A stretch of DNA of 64,000 nt, from the NCBI GenBank assembly GCA_963836185.1, contig CAWIIQ010000001.1, forward strand, positions 768,001-832,000, written 5' to 3'. The first letter of the stretch is position 1. The number at the start of each line of letters is the position of its first letter. The notes under the pieces are model-generated. The model had not been told where the DNA came from. It searched no databases and saw nothing but the letters and a program-made list of their open reading frames with translations. The position numbers and the translations under genes are program-made. The DNA comes from Candidatus Krumholzibacteriia bacterium (GTDB lineage Bacteria; Krumholzibacteriota; Krumholzibacteriia; Krumholzibacteriales; Krumholzibacteriaceae). Shown one piece after another: positions 23,185-31,648 of this stretch.

Positions 23185-23265
23185 CTACCAGACGCTCTTG
23201 CCCCAGACGCTCTTGCCGGCGATCATGAGGGCTATGATCATCGCTATGCTTGTGAAGTGGAACAT
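23185..23265 (-). CDS. 26-aa peptide MFHFTSIAMIIALMIAGKSVWGKSVW (not in ORF track)
   Basis: ATG at 23265 with AAAGGGG RBS 6 nt upstream, TAG at 23185; sits between a sigma54 promoter and two terminators. Confidence 0.75.
   Translation of the reverse strand: MFHFTSIAMIIALMIAGKSVWGKSVW
23188..23217 (-). repeat. Exact 15-bp tandem repeat GGCAAGAGCGTCTGG x2
   Basis: Read directly; encodes GKSVW twice. Confidence 0.95.
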
Positions 23266-23337
23266 TTTCAACCCCTTTCGTTGAGACTCTCAAAAGTTAC
23301 TTCGTATTTATCATCGTTCCTCATGCTTACCTGTAAT

Positions 23338-23353
23338 AGCCAGAGGCGTGCCA
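23338..23353 (-). promoter_or_regulatory. Sigma54 (-24/-12) promoter
   Basis: TGGCACGCCTCTGGCT versus consensus TGGCACG-N4-TTGCW, GG-N10-GC spacing exact, one mismatch. Confidence 0.8.
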
Positions 23354-23390
23354 TAATTCCCAGTTGTTTCTCATATTGCATTAAGGCTTG

Positions 23391-23403
23391 TAAGTGATTG
23401 ATA
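23391..23403 (-). promoter_or_regulatory. IHF binding site
   Basis: TATCAATCACTTA matches WATCAANNNNTTR exactly, flanked by an A/T tract. Confidence 0.7.
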
Positions 23404-23470
23404 AATAAAGAAATAAAATGTCGCACTATTTCGCGAAATGAGCGATTATGGCCCGGCCGGTTTCGAGAAA

Positions 23471-23575
23471 TGTAAACATATATTTACACGCATTTCAGGA
23501 ATCCACATAACTTCAATATAAATATAGCGATAATGTGTAAACTGCAATTTACCTGTATGTAAACAAGAGTTTACG
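23471..23575. promoter_or_regulatory. Three TGTAAA-N6-TTTAC palindromic enhancer boxes
   Basis: 23471-88 TGTAAACATATATTTACA; 23536-53 TGTAAACTGCAATTTACC; 23558-75 TGTAAACAAGAGTTTACG. Confidence 0.75.
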
Positions 23576-23595
23576 AAAATGGGCATTTCCGGGGA

Positions 23596-25183
23596 TTATT
23601 TCTTCCGGGTGAACTTTTTGAGGATGCCGATGCCGAAAAGGGCGATCCTGACATGCGCGGCATGCTCTCTCGGGGCCAGGGCCCTTTCGGCTGTTTCGAG
23701 GTCGCTCACCCTTATCAGCCCTGTGACAGCGGCGAGGCCCTTGTAGACAGCCGAGCCCGCCACGAGCACGATGACGATACGGACCCAGGGCGACATCGAG
23801 ACTGTCGCCATAGCGAGGAGGGGATAGGCAGCTGCGAGTATAAGGGGGTGGATCAGCGAGAGCGGTGAGATCCGGGACCTGGATGTCGACCACATCATCA
23901 TCAGCAGTACGGCGGCGAGGAAGATGAAGGTGGCGAGGGTAGCGATCGCCGCGCCGGCGATCCCCATGCGGGGGATGAGGACCATATTGAGGACGATGTT
24001 CAGGACAGCCGCGCCGAGATAGGCGCTCGCCGCGAGGCGGCCCTTGCCGAAAGCTACGAGAGAGGCCCAGGATACCCGGCAGAAGATATCGGCCAGACCG
24101 ACCAGGACGAGTATCCTCGTGATCTCCGCGGAGGGGAGGAACTTCGGCAGGACGATTGAGAAGGCGTCAGGGGCCAGGGACCAGATCAGCATGACTACCG
24201 GTACGAGGATTATCAGTGTGATCCGTCCGGTGCTGCGTATCTGCCTGCGGAAGGCCTCCATGTCTCCAGAGGCCCGGGTCGCCGACAGAGAAGGGATAAG
24301 GGCCGTTCCCGCAGTCGATGAGATGACACTCAGAGCCGTGATCACGATCGCCGCCATCGCGTAGAATCCGAGCTGGTCGGCGGGCAGGTAGAACTTCACC
24401 ATTATCCGGTCCACCGTATTGATCAGGTTCCATCCGAGGCTGGCGAAGAAGAAGAAAAACCCGAAACCGAATACCTCCCTGAATCCCTGGACCAGCGGGC
24501 CCGAACCGGATGTCCAGTGCCGGATCGCTTTGCGGTGAAAATAGACCGTGAAGAGGAGCGCGCCGATCACTTCCGCTGTAAGGAATCCGGCGATGACCGA
24601 TACGACGTCGCGTCGCCAGAGGATCGCCGCTATAGGAAGGACAATATTGAGCAGTCCATGCACGACAGTGATGCCGGCGCGCAGCTTGCCGCGCTGGACG
24701 GCGAGATAGGTGACGGCGTAGAAGGCGTTGAGCGCGAGGAAGGGGATGATCAGGGCGTAGATCCTTATCGGGGCGGCAGCTTCCGGCTGATGGGCGATAT
24801 TCTCGGCGATCCAGGGGGCGAACACGATCAGCAGGATGCACCAGAGGGTCGAGAGGCCGAGGGTAAGCACGACGGCCGCGTTGTAGATCATCGCTGCCTT
24901 GTCCTTGCGCCCCTGCTGCAGGTATTCCGGGACCAGCCTGGCGAATGCCATGTTGAACCCGATGTTCGAGAAGATCACGAGGAGCTGGACGTATGATATG
25001 GGGATGTTAAGGAGCCCGTAGAGGGAAGGTCCGAGGATCCGGCTCGAGTATAACGCTGCGGATCGGCTTGAGCAGCGTCACCCCGATCTTCGACGCTGAT
25101 ACGAAGAATGTGTCGGATATCACCTTGGAGGTGGACAGGTCCACGGGAGAGCGGGTCTGATCTTCCGGATCGTTTTGATTCAT
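23596..25183 (-). CDS. Polysaccharide flippase (Wzx/MOP superfamily), frameshift near 25045
   Basis: Many TM helices; LGP..YG, DRIMV..YL..DQLGFY, LN.VLIP.MGIAGAAIAT motifs. Confidence 0.85.
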
Positions 25184-25194
25184 GCTCTGCGAAC

Positions 25195-26581
25195 CTATTT
25201 CTTGTACTGGCTGATGAACTCCTCGACCTCGGGGATGCCTCCCTGGTAGATCAGGTAGCCGTTGTGCGGCTCCCGCTCCGTGATCTCGCCCGCGATCGGG
25301 GTCAGCATGATCTTCTTGACCTCTTCGCGGTCCTCGCTCTGGCCGAGCGCCCATCCGAGCTTAACATACGCCACCTCGGGCAGCATGTTATAAGACGGTA
25401 TGACGCCGAGGTCCATCATGTCGCGCCCCGTGTCGTACACGTACATCTGTACGTAACCCCAGAGCGTCTGCACGGTCATGTATACTGAGATCCCCTCATC
25501 GTACGCCCTCTTGAGAGCGGGGTAGAGAGGCTTGTTGACGTGCCCGAGGCCTGTGCCTGCGATGACGATCCCCCTGTACCCGTTGTCTATCAGAGAATCG
25601 ATGATGTCGGGCTTCATGTTGGGGTAGTAGTAGACGATCGAGACGCGATCGTCGAAGGCCGTGTTGATCTTGACGTTCGTGTCTTTCCTGCGCTTCTTGA
25701 TGTCGCTGCGAAGCGGCGTGAACTTCTCGCGGTCGACCATTGCCAGCGGGATGTCGCCGATCGTCCTGAAGGTCGACCTGTACGACGAATGCATCTTGCG
25801 CACACGCGTTCCCCTGTGAAGCAGGGCGTACTGGTCGCTCGTGGGGCCGAACATGCAGACCATCACTTCGGCGTAGTCGCTGTAGGCTGCGGTGCGCGTC
25901 GCGTGTATCAGATTCAGCGCGGCGTCGCTCGACGGGCGGTCGCTCGAGCGCTGTGAGCCGACCATCACGATCGGAACGGGTGAGTCCTGGACCATGAAGG
26001 AGAGGATCGCCGCCGTGTGATGCATCGTATCTGTGCCGTGCCCGATGACTACGCCCGCTACGCCCTTTTCTATCTCCTCGCCGATCTTCTCCGGCCGTGC
26101 CTTTCCACTGCTCGGGGCCCATGTTCTCGCTGAAGACGCCGTACATCTTCTCGGTCTCGAGGTTGCAGACGTCGGCGAGCTCGGGAACGGAGCCGTAGAG
26201 CTCACCCGGGGTGAAGGCGGGGATGACCGCGCCGGTGCGGTAGTCGAGCCTCGAGGCGATCGTGCCGCCCGTGCCGAGGAGTTTTACCATCGGCTTTTTC
26301 GGATCGTAGGGGAATTCCTTCTCGGGGATCTTGTAGTGCGCCTCGCGCTTGCCGTGCGTGACCATCGATTCGATCGTGCCGACGGCCAGGCCGACGTTAT
26401 AGCCGGTGTCGAGCTTGAGCACGACGTGGTTGTTATCGGCGGTCTCGGACCTGGGGAGGATGATCCCCCTGAAATCACCGCGTGTCGAGTGGACCTCGAC
26501 GTCGAACCAGACGCCGGCTTCGAACTTCTTGAGGCACTCCAGCGCGTCGCCCATGTATCCCTTGTAGATATCGTCGCCCAC
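25195..26581 (-). CDS. gatD: Glu-tRNA(Gln) amidotransferase subunit D, frameshift near 26097
   Basis: GatD N-terminal VLKLDTGYNVG, GTGGTIASRLDYRTGAV, HGTDTM, GSQRSSDRPSSD, GTRVRKMHSS. Confidence 0.92.
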
Positions 26582-26605
26582 GTTAACCTTCCTTAGCGCC
26601 GCCTG

Positions 26606-28516
26606 TTAAGACGCTACGAAACGGCCCGCGAAGTCGAATGCCTCGCGGCCCGTGATATATCCCCTGAATTGTATCGCCAGCTGGCCGGTCAGGTATCTTA
26701 CCAGCTTGTCTTTCTCTATGTCGGGGAGCTCGACCGAACCGGCGAACTCCTTCATCTTCTTTTCGAGAGTCTTTTTATCGAGGACGTTGAAAGATTCCGC
26801 GGCCTCATCCGGCTCGATCCCTTCACCGCATGTCTTTCCCAGAAGGACTTCGAGGCTCAGCGCCGGCAACTTCTTTTTGCCGGCCGCGGTGATGGTCCCG
26901 ACGAACGCCTCGTCGCTGCATTCCGGCACGCCGTCGCGGCGGCGCAGCCTGCGCATCCCTCTGAGCAGCAGCTCAGCCACGGTCAGCGGCGCGAACTCAG
27001 TCTCCGCTACGGCCGCGTCGAACGCGTACCTGCGTTTCGAGATGCTCATCCTTCGCGCCGTTTCCCTGTCGAGCCCCATCTCTTCATATCTTTTCTGCCT
27101 GTCCCACGGAAGCTCGGCGAGGTTCGACCTGATCCTCTCGATGCGATCCTCGGTGATGGCGATCGGAGGGAGGTCCGTATCGGGATACATCCTGTTCGGA
27201 CCGGGCAGTATCCTCTCGAAACCGTTCGTCCCGTCGGCCAGGGCCTGCCTGGTCTCGTCGGGAATGCCGACAGTCGCCTCTTTCGCTCTTAACGCGATCT
27301 CACTGATAGCCATCTTCGCGTCTTCCTTGCTGCCCCATACGACGACTACCACATCGTCACCGGTCGTCTTCGAGTGTTTCTTGATCTTCGTCCACTCAGC
27401 GCTCGAGAATGTCTCGCCTTCGCTGTCGGAGTGAGCGATATTGGGCAGGATGTCGAGGCAGGCGACGACGCGCACCCTGTCGGATATCTCCTTCGAGAAT
27501 GTCGTCTCGGGTTGAGTCTTCGTCGGCAGGATGCCGCTGAAACCGCGCAGCACGACAGCGTGGACCTGAAGGCCCGACTTCAGCGCCTTCGAAACGGGAT
27601 AATATTGAGTTCCCTTGAGGACGTTGGTGACCTCTACCGAGTCGAACTTGAATGTCCCCTCCGTGATACCCTTCTTGTTGAGCCGGTCCCTTATCTCGAG
27701 CAGCGCGAGCTGCCTGAACGCCTCGTTATGTACGAGAAGCGGGATCATCGGGATGCGGGGCACGCCCTTAATCTCTATCCTGCGCCCGCCGGCGACCGAG
27801 ACGTTTACGTCCTGCCTCGTACGGCCGAGGCCGGTGCGGACCTTGCCTGTCGAGCGGGTAAGGTGCCTGATGACCTGCGCCACATCGGCAACTTCCTGCG
27901 GGGTGCGCATCTCGGGGTAAGTGACGGTCTCGATAAGGGGGATGCCGAGACGGTCGGTCCTGTAGACGCGGTCATGGCCGATATCGGTGATCTCGCGGCA
28001 GGCGTCCTCCTCGAGCCCGAGCTGGATGATACCGATCCGGCGGTCGCCGTACGGTATCGAGCCGTCGACGCCGAGGATCGTAGTCCGTTGAAAGCCTGTC
28101 GGGATCGATCCGTCGAGGTATTGTTTTCTCGCTATGTGGACCTCGCTGACGAGCTTGCAGCCGAGCAGCATAGTGATTTCGAGCGCGATGTCGAGCGCCT
28201 GCAGATTGAGCTCGAAGGGCGGCGTGTCATCCATCTCGTAGGTACAGACCGTTTCCTTGTTTATCTGGTATATGATGTTTTTCTTTGTCTTGAACTCCAT
28301 CAGGGCGGTTCCATCGTACTCGCCCAGTTCGGAGAGTGTGGGCCTCATGTGGCGGAGGATCTGCGCGTCGAACTCTTCGCTGTAGGGACGAATCGGGCAG
28401 CGGCAGAAGAGCTTCTTCTCAGTGTCAAGTTGCTGGTGTATCTCGAGGCCGCTCTTCATACCTATCGCCTGGTAGTCCTCGAGCGTCATCTCGCCAAGTT
28501 GTCGGAATTCGATCAC
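26606..28516 (-). CDS. gatE: Glu-tRNA(Gln) amidotransferase subunit E
   Basis: GLEIHQQL..KLFC.CP, RPTLSELGEYD, DGSIPTGFQRT, LEEDACR, DRLGIPLIE, RQDVNVS, insertion domain, RMYPDTD; GTG start with RBS. Confidence 0.92.
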   Translation of the reverse strand: MIEFRQLGEMTLEDYQAIGMKSGLEIHQQLDTEKKLFCRCPIRPYSEEFDAQILRHMRPTLSELGEYDGTALMEFKTKKNIIYQINKETVCTYEMDDTPPFELNLQALDIALEITMLLGCKLVSEVHIARKQYLDGSIPTGFQRTTILGVDGSIPYGDRRIGIIQLGLEEDACREITDIGHDRVYRTDRLGIPLIETVTYPEMRTPQEVADVAQVIRHLTRSTGKVRTGLGRTRQDVNVSVAGGRRIEIKGVPRIPMIPLLVHNEAFRQLALLEIRDRLNKKGITEGTFKFDSVEVTNVLKGTQYYPVSKALKSGLQVHAVVLRGFSGILPTKTQPETTFSKEISDRVRVVACLDILPNIAHSDSEGETFSSAEWTKIKKHSKTTGDDVVVVVWGSKEDAKMAISEIALRAKEATVGIPDETRQALADGTNGFERILPGPNRMYPDTDLPPIAITEDRIERIRSNLAELPWDRQKRYEEMGLDRETARRMSISKRRYAFDAAVAETEFAPLTVAELLLRGMRRLRRRDGVPECSDEAFVGTITAAGKKKLPALSLEVLLGKTCGEGIEPDEAAESFNVLDKKTLEKKMKEFAGSVELPDIEKDKLVRYLTGQLAIQFRGYITGREAFDFAGRFVAS

Positions 28517-28536
28517 CCGTTGCTCCCTTCCCTTTA

Positions 28537-29951
28537 TCAGCAGTCGAGGTAGAGCTGGACCTCGAGCGGATGGGTGCGGTTTCGCACCGGCCATACGTCC
28601 TTGTCAAATTTCAATGCGATCCAGTCCTCGATCATCGTCGCGTCGAAGACGTCGCCCTGCAGGAGGAACTCGTGATCCCTCTCCAGTTCACGCAGCGCCT
28701 CGGCGAGCGAGCCGGGCAGAGCCTTGATCTTTCCGCGCTCCTCCGGAGTCATCTCGAAGACGTTTACCTCAAGCGGTCCGAACCCGAGTTCCTTCGGGTC
28801 GAGCTTGTTGCGGATACCGTCGATCCCGGCCATCAGCTGGGCGGCCATCGAGAGGTAGATGTTTCCAGTCGCGTCGGGGGGCCTGAACTCGAGCCTCTTC
28901 TTCTCCGGCGTAGAGGCATATTTCGGGATCCTGATAGCGGCCGACCTGTTGCCGAGCGAGAAGAAGGCGTTGACCGGCGCCTCGAAACCGGGCACGAGAC
29001 GTTTGTACGAGTTCGTGCTCGGGTTGGTCAGTGCGAGCAGTGCGGGGGAGTGGTGGAGCAGCCCGGCGATATACTGGAGCGCCGTTTTGCTCAGCCCCGC
29101 GTAACCCGCCTTGCTGTAGAAGAGGGGCTTGCCCTTCTTGAAGAGGTGCTGGTGGAAGTGCATCCCGTTGCCCGCTTCGTTATGTATCGGCTTGGGCATG
29201 AATGTCGCGATCATCCCCGCCTCGTCGGCGGCCATGCGCACGAAATATTTTACGATCATCGAGATGTCGCCCATCTTCGTCAGCGGCGCGAACTCGACCT
29301 CGATCTCGCCCTGGCCGTGGCCGCCTACCTCGTGATGGTGATACTTGATGCCGATGCCCGCTTCCTCGAGCAGGACGACGGTGCGGTCACGCACGCCGGC
29401 GAGCTTGTCCTCGGGGGGCAGGGCGTGGTATCCGGCGTGTGTCTTCAGCCCGAAGCTTCCCTTGTTCTCGCCTTCACGCGGGATGATCTCGTAGCCGAAA
29501 CTGAGGTTCGATGTGTCTACGAGGACCTCGTCGAATATGTAGTACTCGAACTCCGGCCCCCACATCGAGACGTCTGCGATCGCAGTCTTCTTCAGAAAGG
29601 CCTCGGCCTTGCGCGCGATGTGTCTCGGGTCGCGGGGGAATGGTTTTTTCGAGTCTGCCTCTACGATGTCGCATATGAAGCATGCCGTAGGGACCTTGCT
29701 GAACGGATCGACGAACCCGGTCGAGAGGTCGGGGACGAGGGAGAGGTCGCCCAGCTCGACCGTCTTGAGGCCGGCGAAGTTCGAGCCGTCGAACCCGAGG
29801 CCTTCCGAGAAAAGCTTGCTGCCGGCGTTCGACGCCGGGACGGTCAGGCGGTGCCAGCGACCGAGATAATCGGTGAACTTGAGGTCGATCAGCTTGATGC
29901 CTTGCCGCTTTATCTCAGACTTGAGTTTCGTGATAGAGGTAAAGATGTCAC
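28537..29951 (-). CDS. glnA: Glutamine synthetase type I (beta subtype)
   Basis: IDLKFTD, FDGS, GPEFEY, HHHEV, TFMPKP, GNGMHFHQ, NRSAAIRIP, LEFRPPD; frame is open upstream of 29565, GTG at 29951 is offset by one base. Confidence 0.95.
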
Positions 29952-30020
29952 AACCCCCCTGTTTTCAATACGTTCTGAAGATGGCCACACGCCCCGGACG
30001 GGGCGCTGGCGCGGATTTCC

Positions 30021-30049
30021 AATATATTTGATGATATACCCTCTATCAA
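30021..30049 (-). promoter_or_regulatory. Sigma70-type promoter of glnA-gatE-gatD
   Basis: TTGATA-17 nt-TATATT on minus strand, about 70 nt upstream of glnA. Confidence 0.55.
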
Positions 30050-30100
30050 GGATTAAATGCCCGTTATTACGAGGGTTGAGGCATCATTCCCGGAGTCTTG

Positions 30101-31432
30101 TCATCGCGGGACATGCATGCGGCGGACTGCGTGGTTGTTCGTGTCCGCTATATAGATGTAGCCATCTGCGACATGCAGGCCGTTCGGATGGTCGAGCTGT
30201 GCGGATGCGGCGCCGCCGCCGTCGCCCGTGTAGCCCGCTCCGTTCCCGCCGGCGAGGAGTTCAAGTGTCCCGCCAGCAAGGGGGACGCGCCTGACAGCAT
30301 GGTTCATACTGTCGGCGATGTAGATGTATCCTTCGTAAACAGCTATCCCGTTCGGCTGCCACAGGCCGCCCGCGACAGTCTCGATGTTGCCTCCAACGGT
30401 GAACGAGCGGATCAGTCCGCGGACCGTCGATACGTAGAAGGTCCCGTTGAATTCCCGTATGCAGGACGGGTGCGTAAGAGATGCCGCTGTAGCAGGGCCT
30501 CCGTCACCGAGGTCGCCATAGTAGGTGCCGTCACCGGCGACAGTACCGATGTCGCCGCCGACACTGAACATCCGGATCCTGTCATTGCCGGTATCCGCAA
30601 CGTAGACATCGTTTCCATCTGCCCAGACTCCGTACGGGTCGAGCATTTTCGCGAGGAGAGCCTCTCCGCCATCCCCGGTGTAGCCTGGCATGTATACCGT
30701 GCCGCCTACCCGCTCGAATGTACCGCCTTCCTGGAAGCGGCAGACGCAGTGGACGTTGCCAGCGACGTAGATCCAGTCGCCCGTTATCCAGATATCGTTC
30801 GGCCGGCCTATATATGAATGGTCCTCGATGGTGGTGATATTCCCTCCGACAGCGAACTTGCGTATCGCCGTGTTCATATGATCGGCTACATAGACGCTGG
30901 CTCCCACGCACACTACTGACCACGGTTCGTTGAGCTGGGCACCGGTGGCCGGCCCGTCGTCACCGCTGTCCCCGCTGTCGTTGCCGCCGGCGATCGTCTC
31001 GATCTTGTTGGTAACATTGTTCGCGACCGGTGTCGCTGTAAATGAGGCGAGTGGATTGGACGGGTCCGCCGTATCCTGCACGTCGCCGGTGGCCATGTCG
31101 TACTGGAGGGTCAGTGTGTGGGGATACAGGACCGGGTGCGGCAGGGTCAGGGTCAGTGATGTTGTGCCTGATCCATCGAGACTGCTGATCGTGACGCCTG
31201 TGCTGTTTAAAGTAACGGCAAAACCGGCGGCGCTTGAAGCGGTCACCGCTTCATCGAATGTCAGCACTATATCCTGGGGGGCGGCATCCTCTACTGTCAT
31301 GCTTACGACCTGCGGCTCTTCGGTGTCAGGCGGATCTCCACCTGTCGGTGTCGTTGAATCGTCACCGCATCCGGCCCATATTACGGAAGTGAGACTGAGA
31401 AGAACGATGAGCAACCGGTTTCGTAAAAGCAT
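30101..31432 (-). CDS. Lipoprotein with SwmB/Ig-like domain and NHL repeats
   Basis: Lipobox WAGC; GDGGPAT.A.L..P..., YIADTNNHAVRR repeats. Confidence 0.85.
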   Translation of the reverse strand: MLLRNRLLIVLLSLTSVIWAGCGDDSTTPTGGDPPDTEEPQVVSMTVEDAAPQDIVLTFDEAVTASSAAGFAVTLNSTGVTISSLDGSGTTSLTLTLPHPVLYPHTLTLQYDMATGDVQDTADPSNPLASFTATPVANNVTNKIETIAGGNDSGDSGDDGPATGAQLNEPWSVVCVGASVYVADHMNTAIRKFAVGGNITTIEDHSYIGRPNDIWITGDWIYVAGNVHCVCRFQEGGTFERVGGTVYMPGYTGDGGEALLAKMLDPYGVWADGNDVYVADTGNDRIRMFSVGGDIGTVAGDGTYYGDLGDGGPATAASLTHPSCIREFNGTFYVSTVRGLIRSFTVGGNIETVAGGLWQPNGIAVYEGYIYIADSMNHAVRRVPLAGGTLELLAGGNGAGYTGDGGGAASAQLDHPNGLHVADGYIYIADTNNHAVRRMHVPR

Positions 31433-31648
31433 GACTCCTCCTTTGCACCTGACAACGCAATACCCCTTCCCGGACTTCTACTACAGAGCGGGCAGGCACG
31501 CAAATATTTTTAAAGTTAAATCATTAGCATATCAGTCTGTTATAAACGCCTGGCCAGACCTCATGAAAGCTGCCCGAAAGGAATCAAAACTTGACACCGG
31601 CGGCAATGTGATGTTAAACGGAGGCAGACATTTAACGGGAGGGATCGC

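Noticed and set aside
23188-23217. CRISPR-like repeat
   Set aside because: Only two abutting 15-bp copies, no spacers and no cas genes in the window
23085-23265. Trp-sensing attenuator leader for the downstream gene
   Set aside because: Trp codons are not adjacent, two terminators would need bypassing, no antiterminator was evident and the downstream gene is not a trp gene; not fully excluded
23081-23293. 70-aa minus-strand ORF in the track overlapping the peptide
   Set aside because: TTG start without an RBS and it runs through both terminator hairpins; the 26-aa frame has the RBS and stops before them
26090-26105. Programmed frameshift in gatD
   Set aside because: No slippery heptamer; same pattern as the many indels across the window
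26606-28516. Ordinary bacterial gatB with an asparaginase
   Set aside because: Lacks GatB hallmarks (YPDLPK, DLNRAG) and has GatE-type motifs; the partner has the GatD N-terminal domain; no gatA/gatC adjacent
29952-30020. Glutamine riboswitch in the glnA leader
   Set aside because: Only a single GC hairpin is visible; no recognisable glnA-motif junction
28336-30294. 652-aa plus-strand ORF (likewise 11705..12730, 12993..14156, 19883..21226, 27374..28552, 31732..33027, 50726..51868)
   Set aside because: Antisense or alternate-frame shadows of well-supported genes in GC-rich DNA, with no motifs
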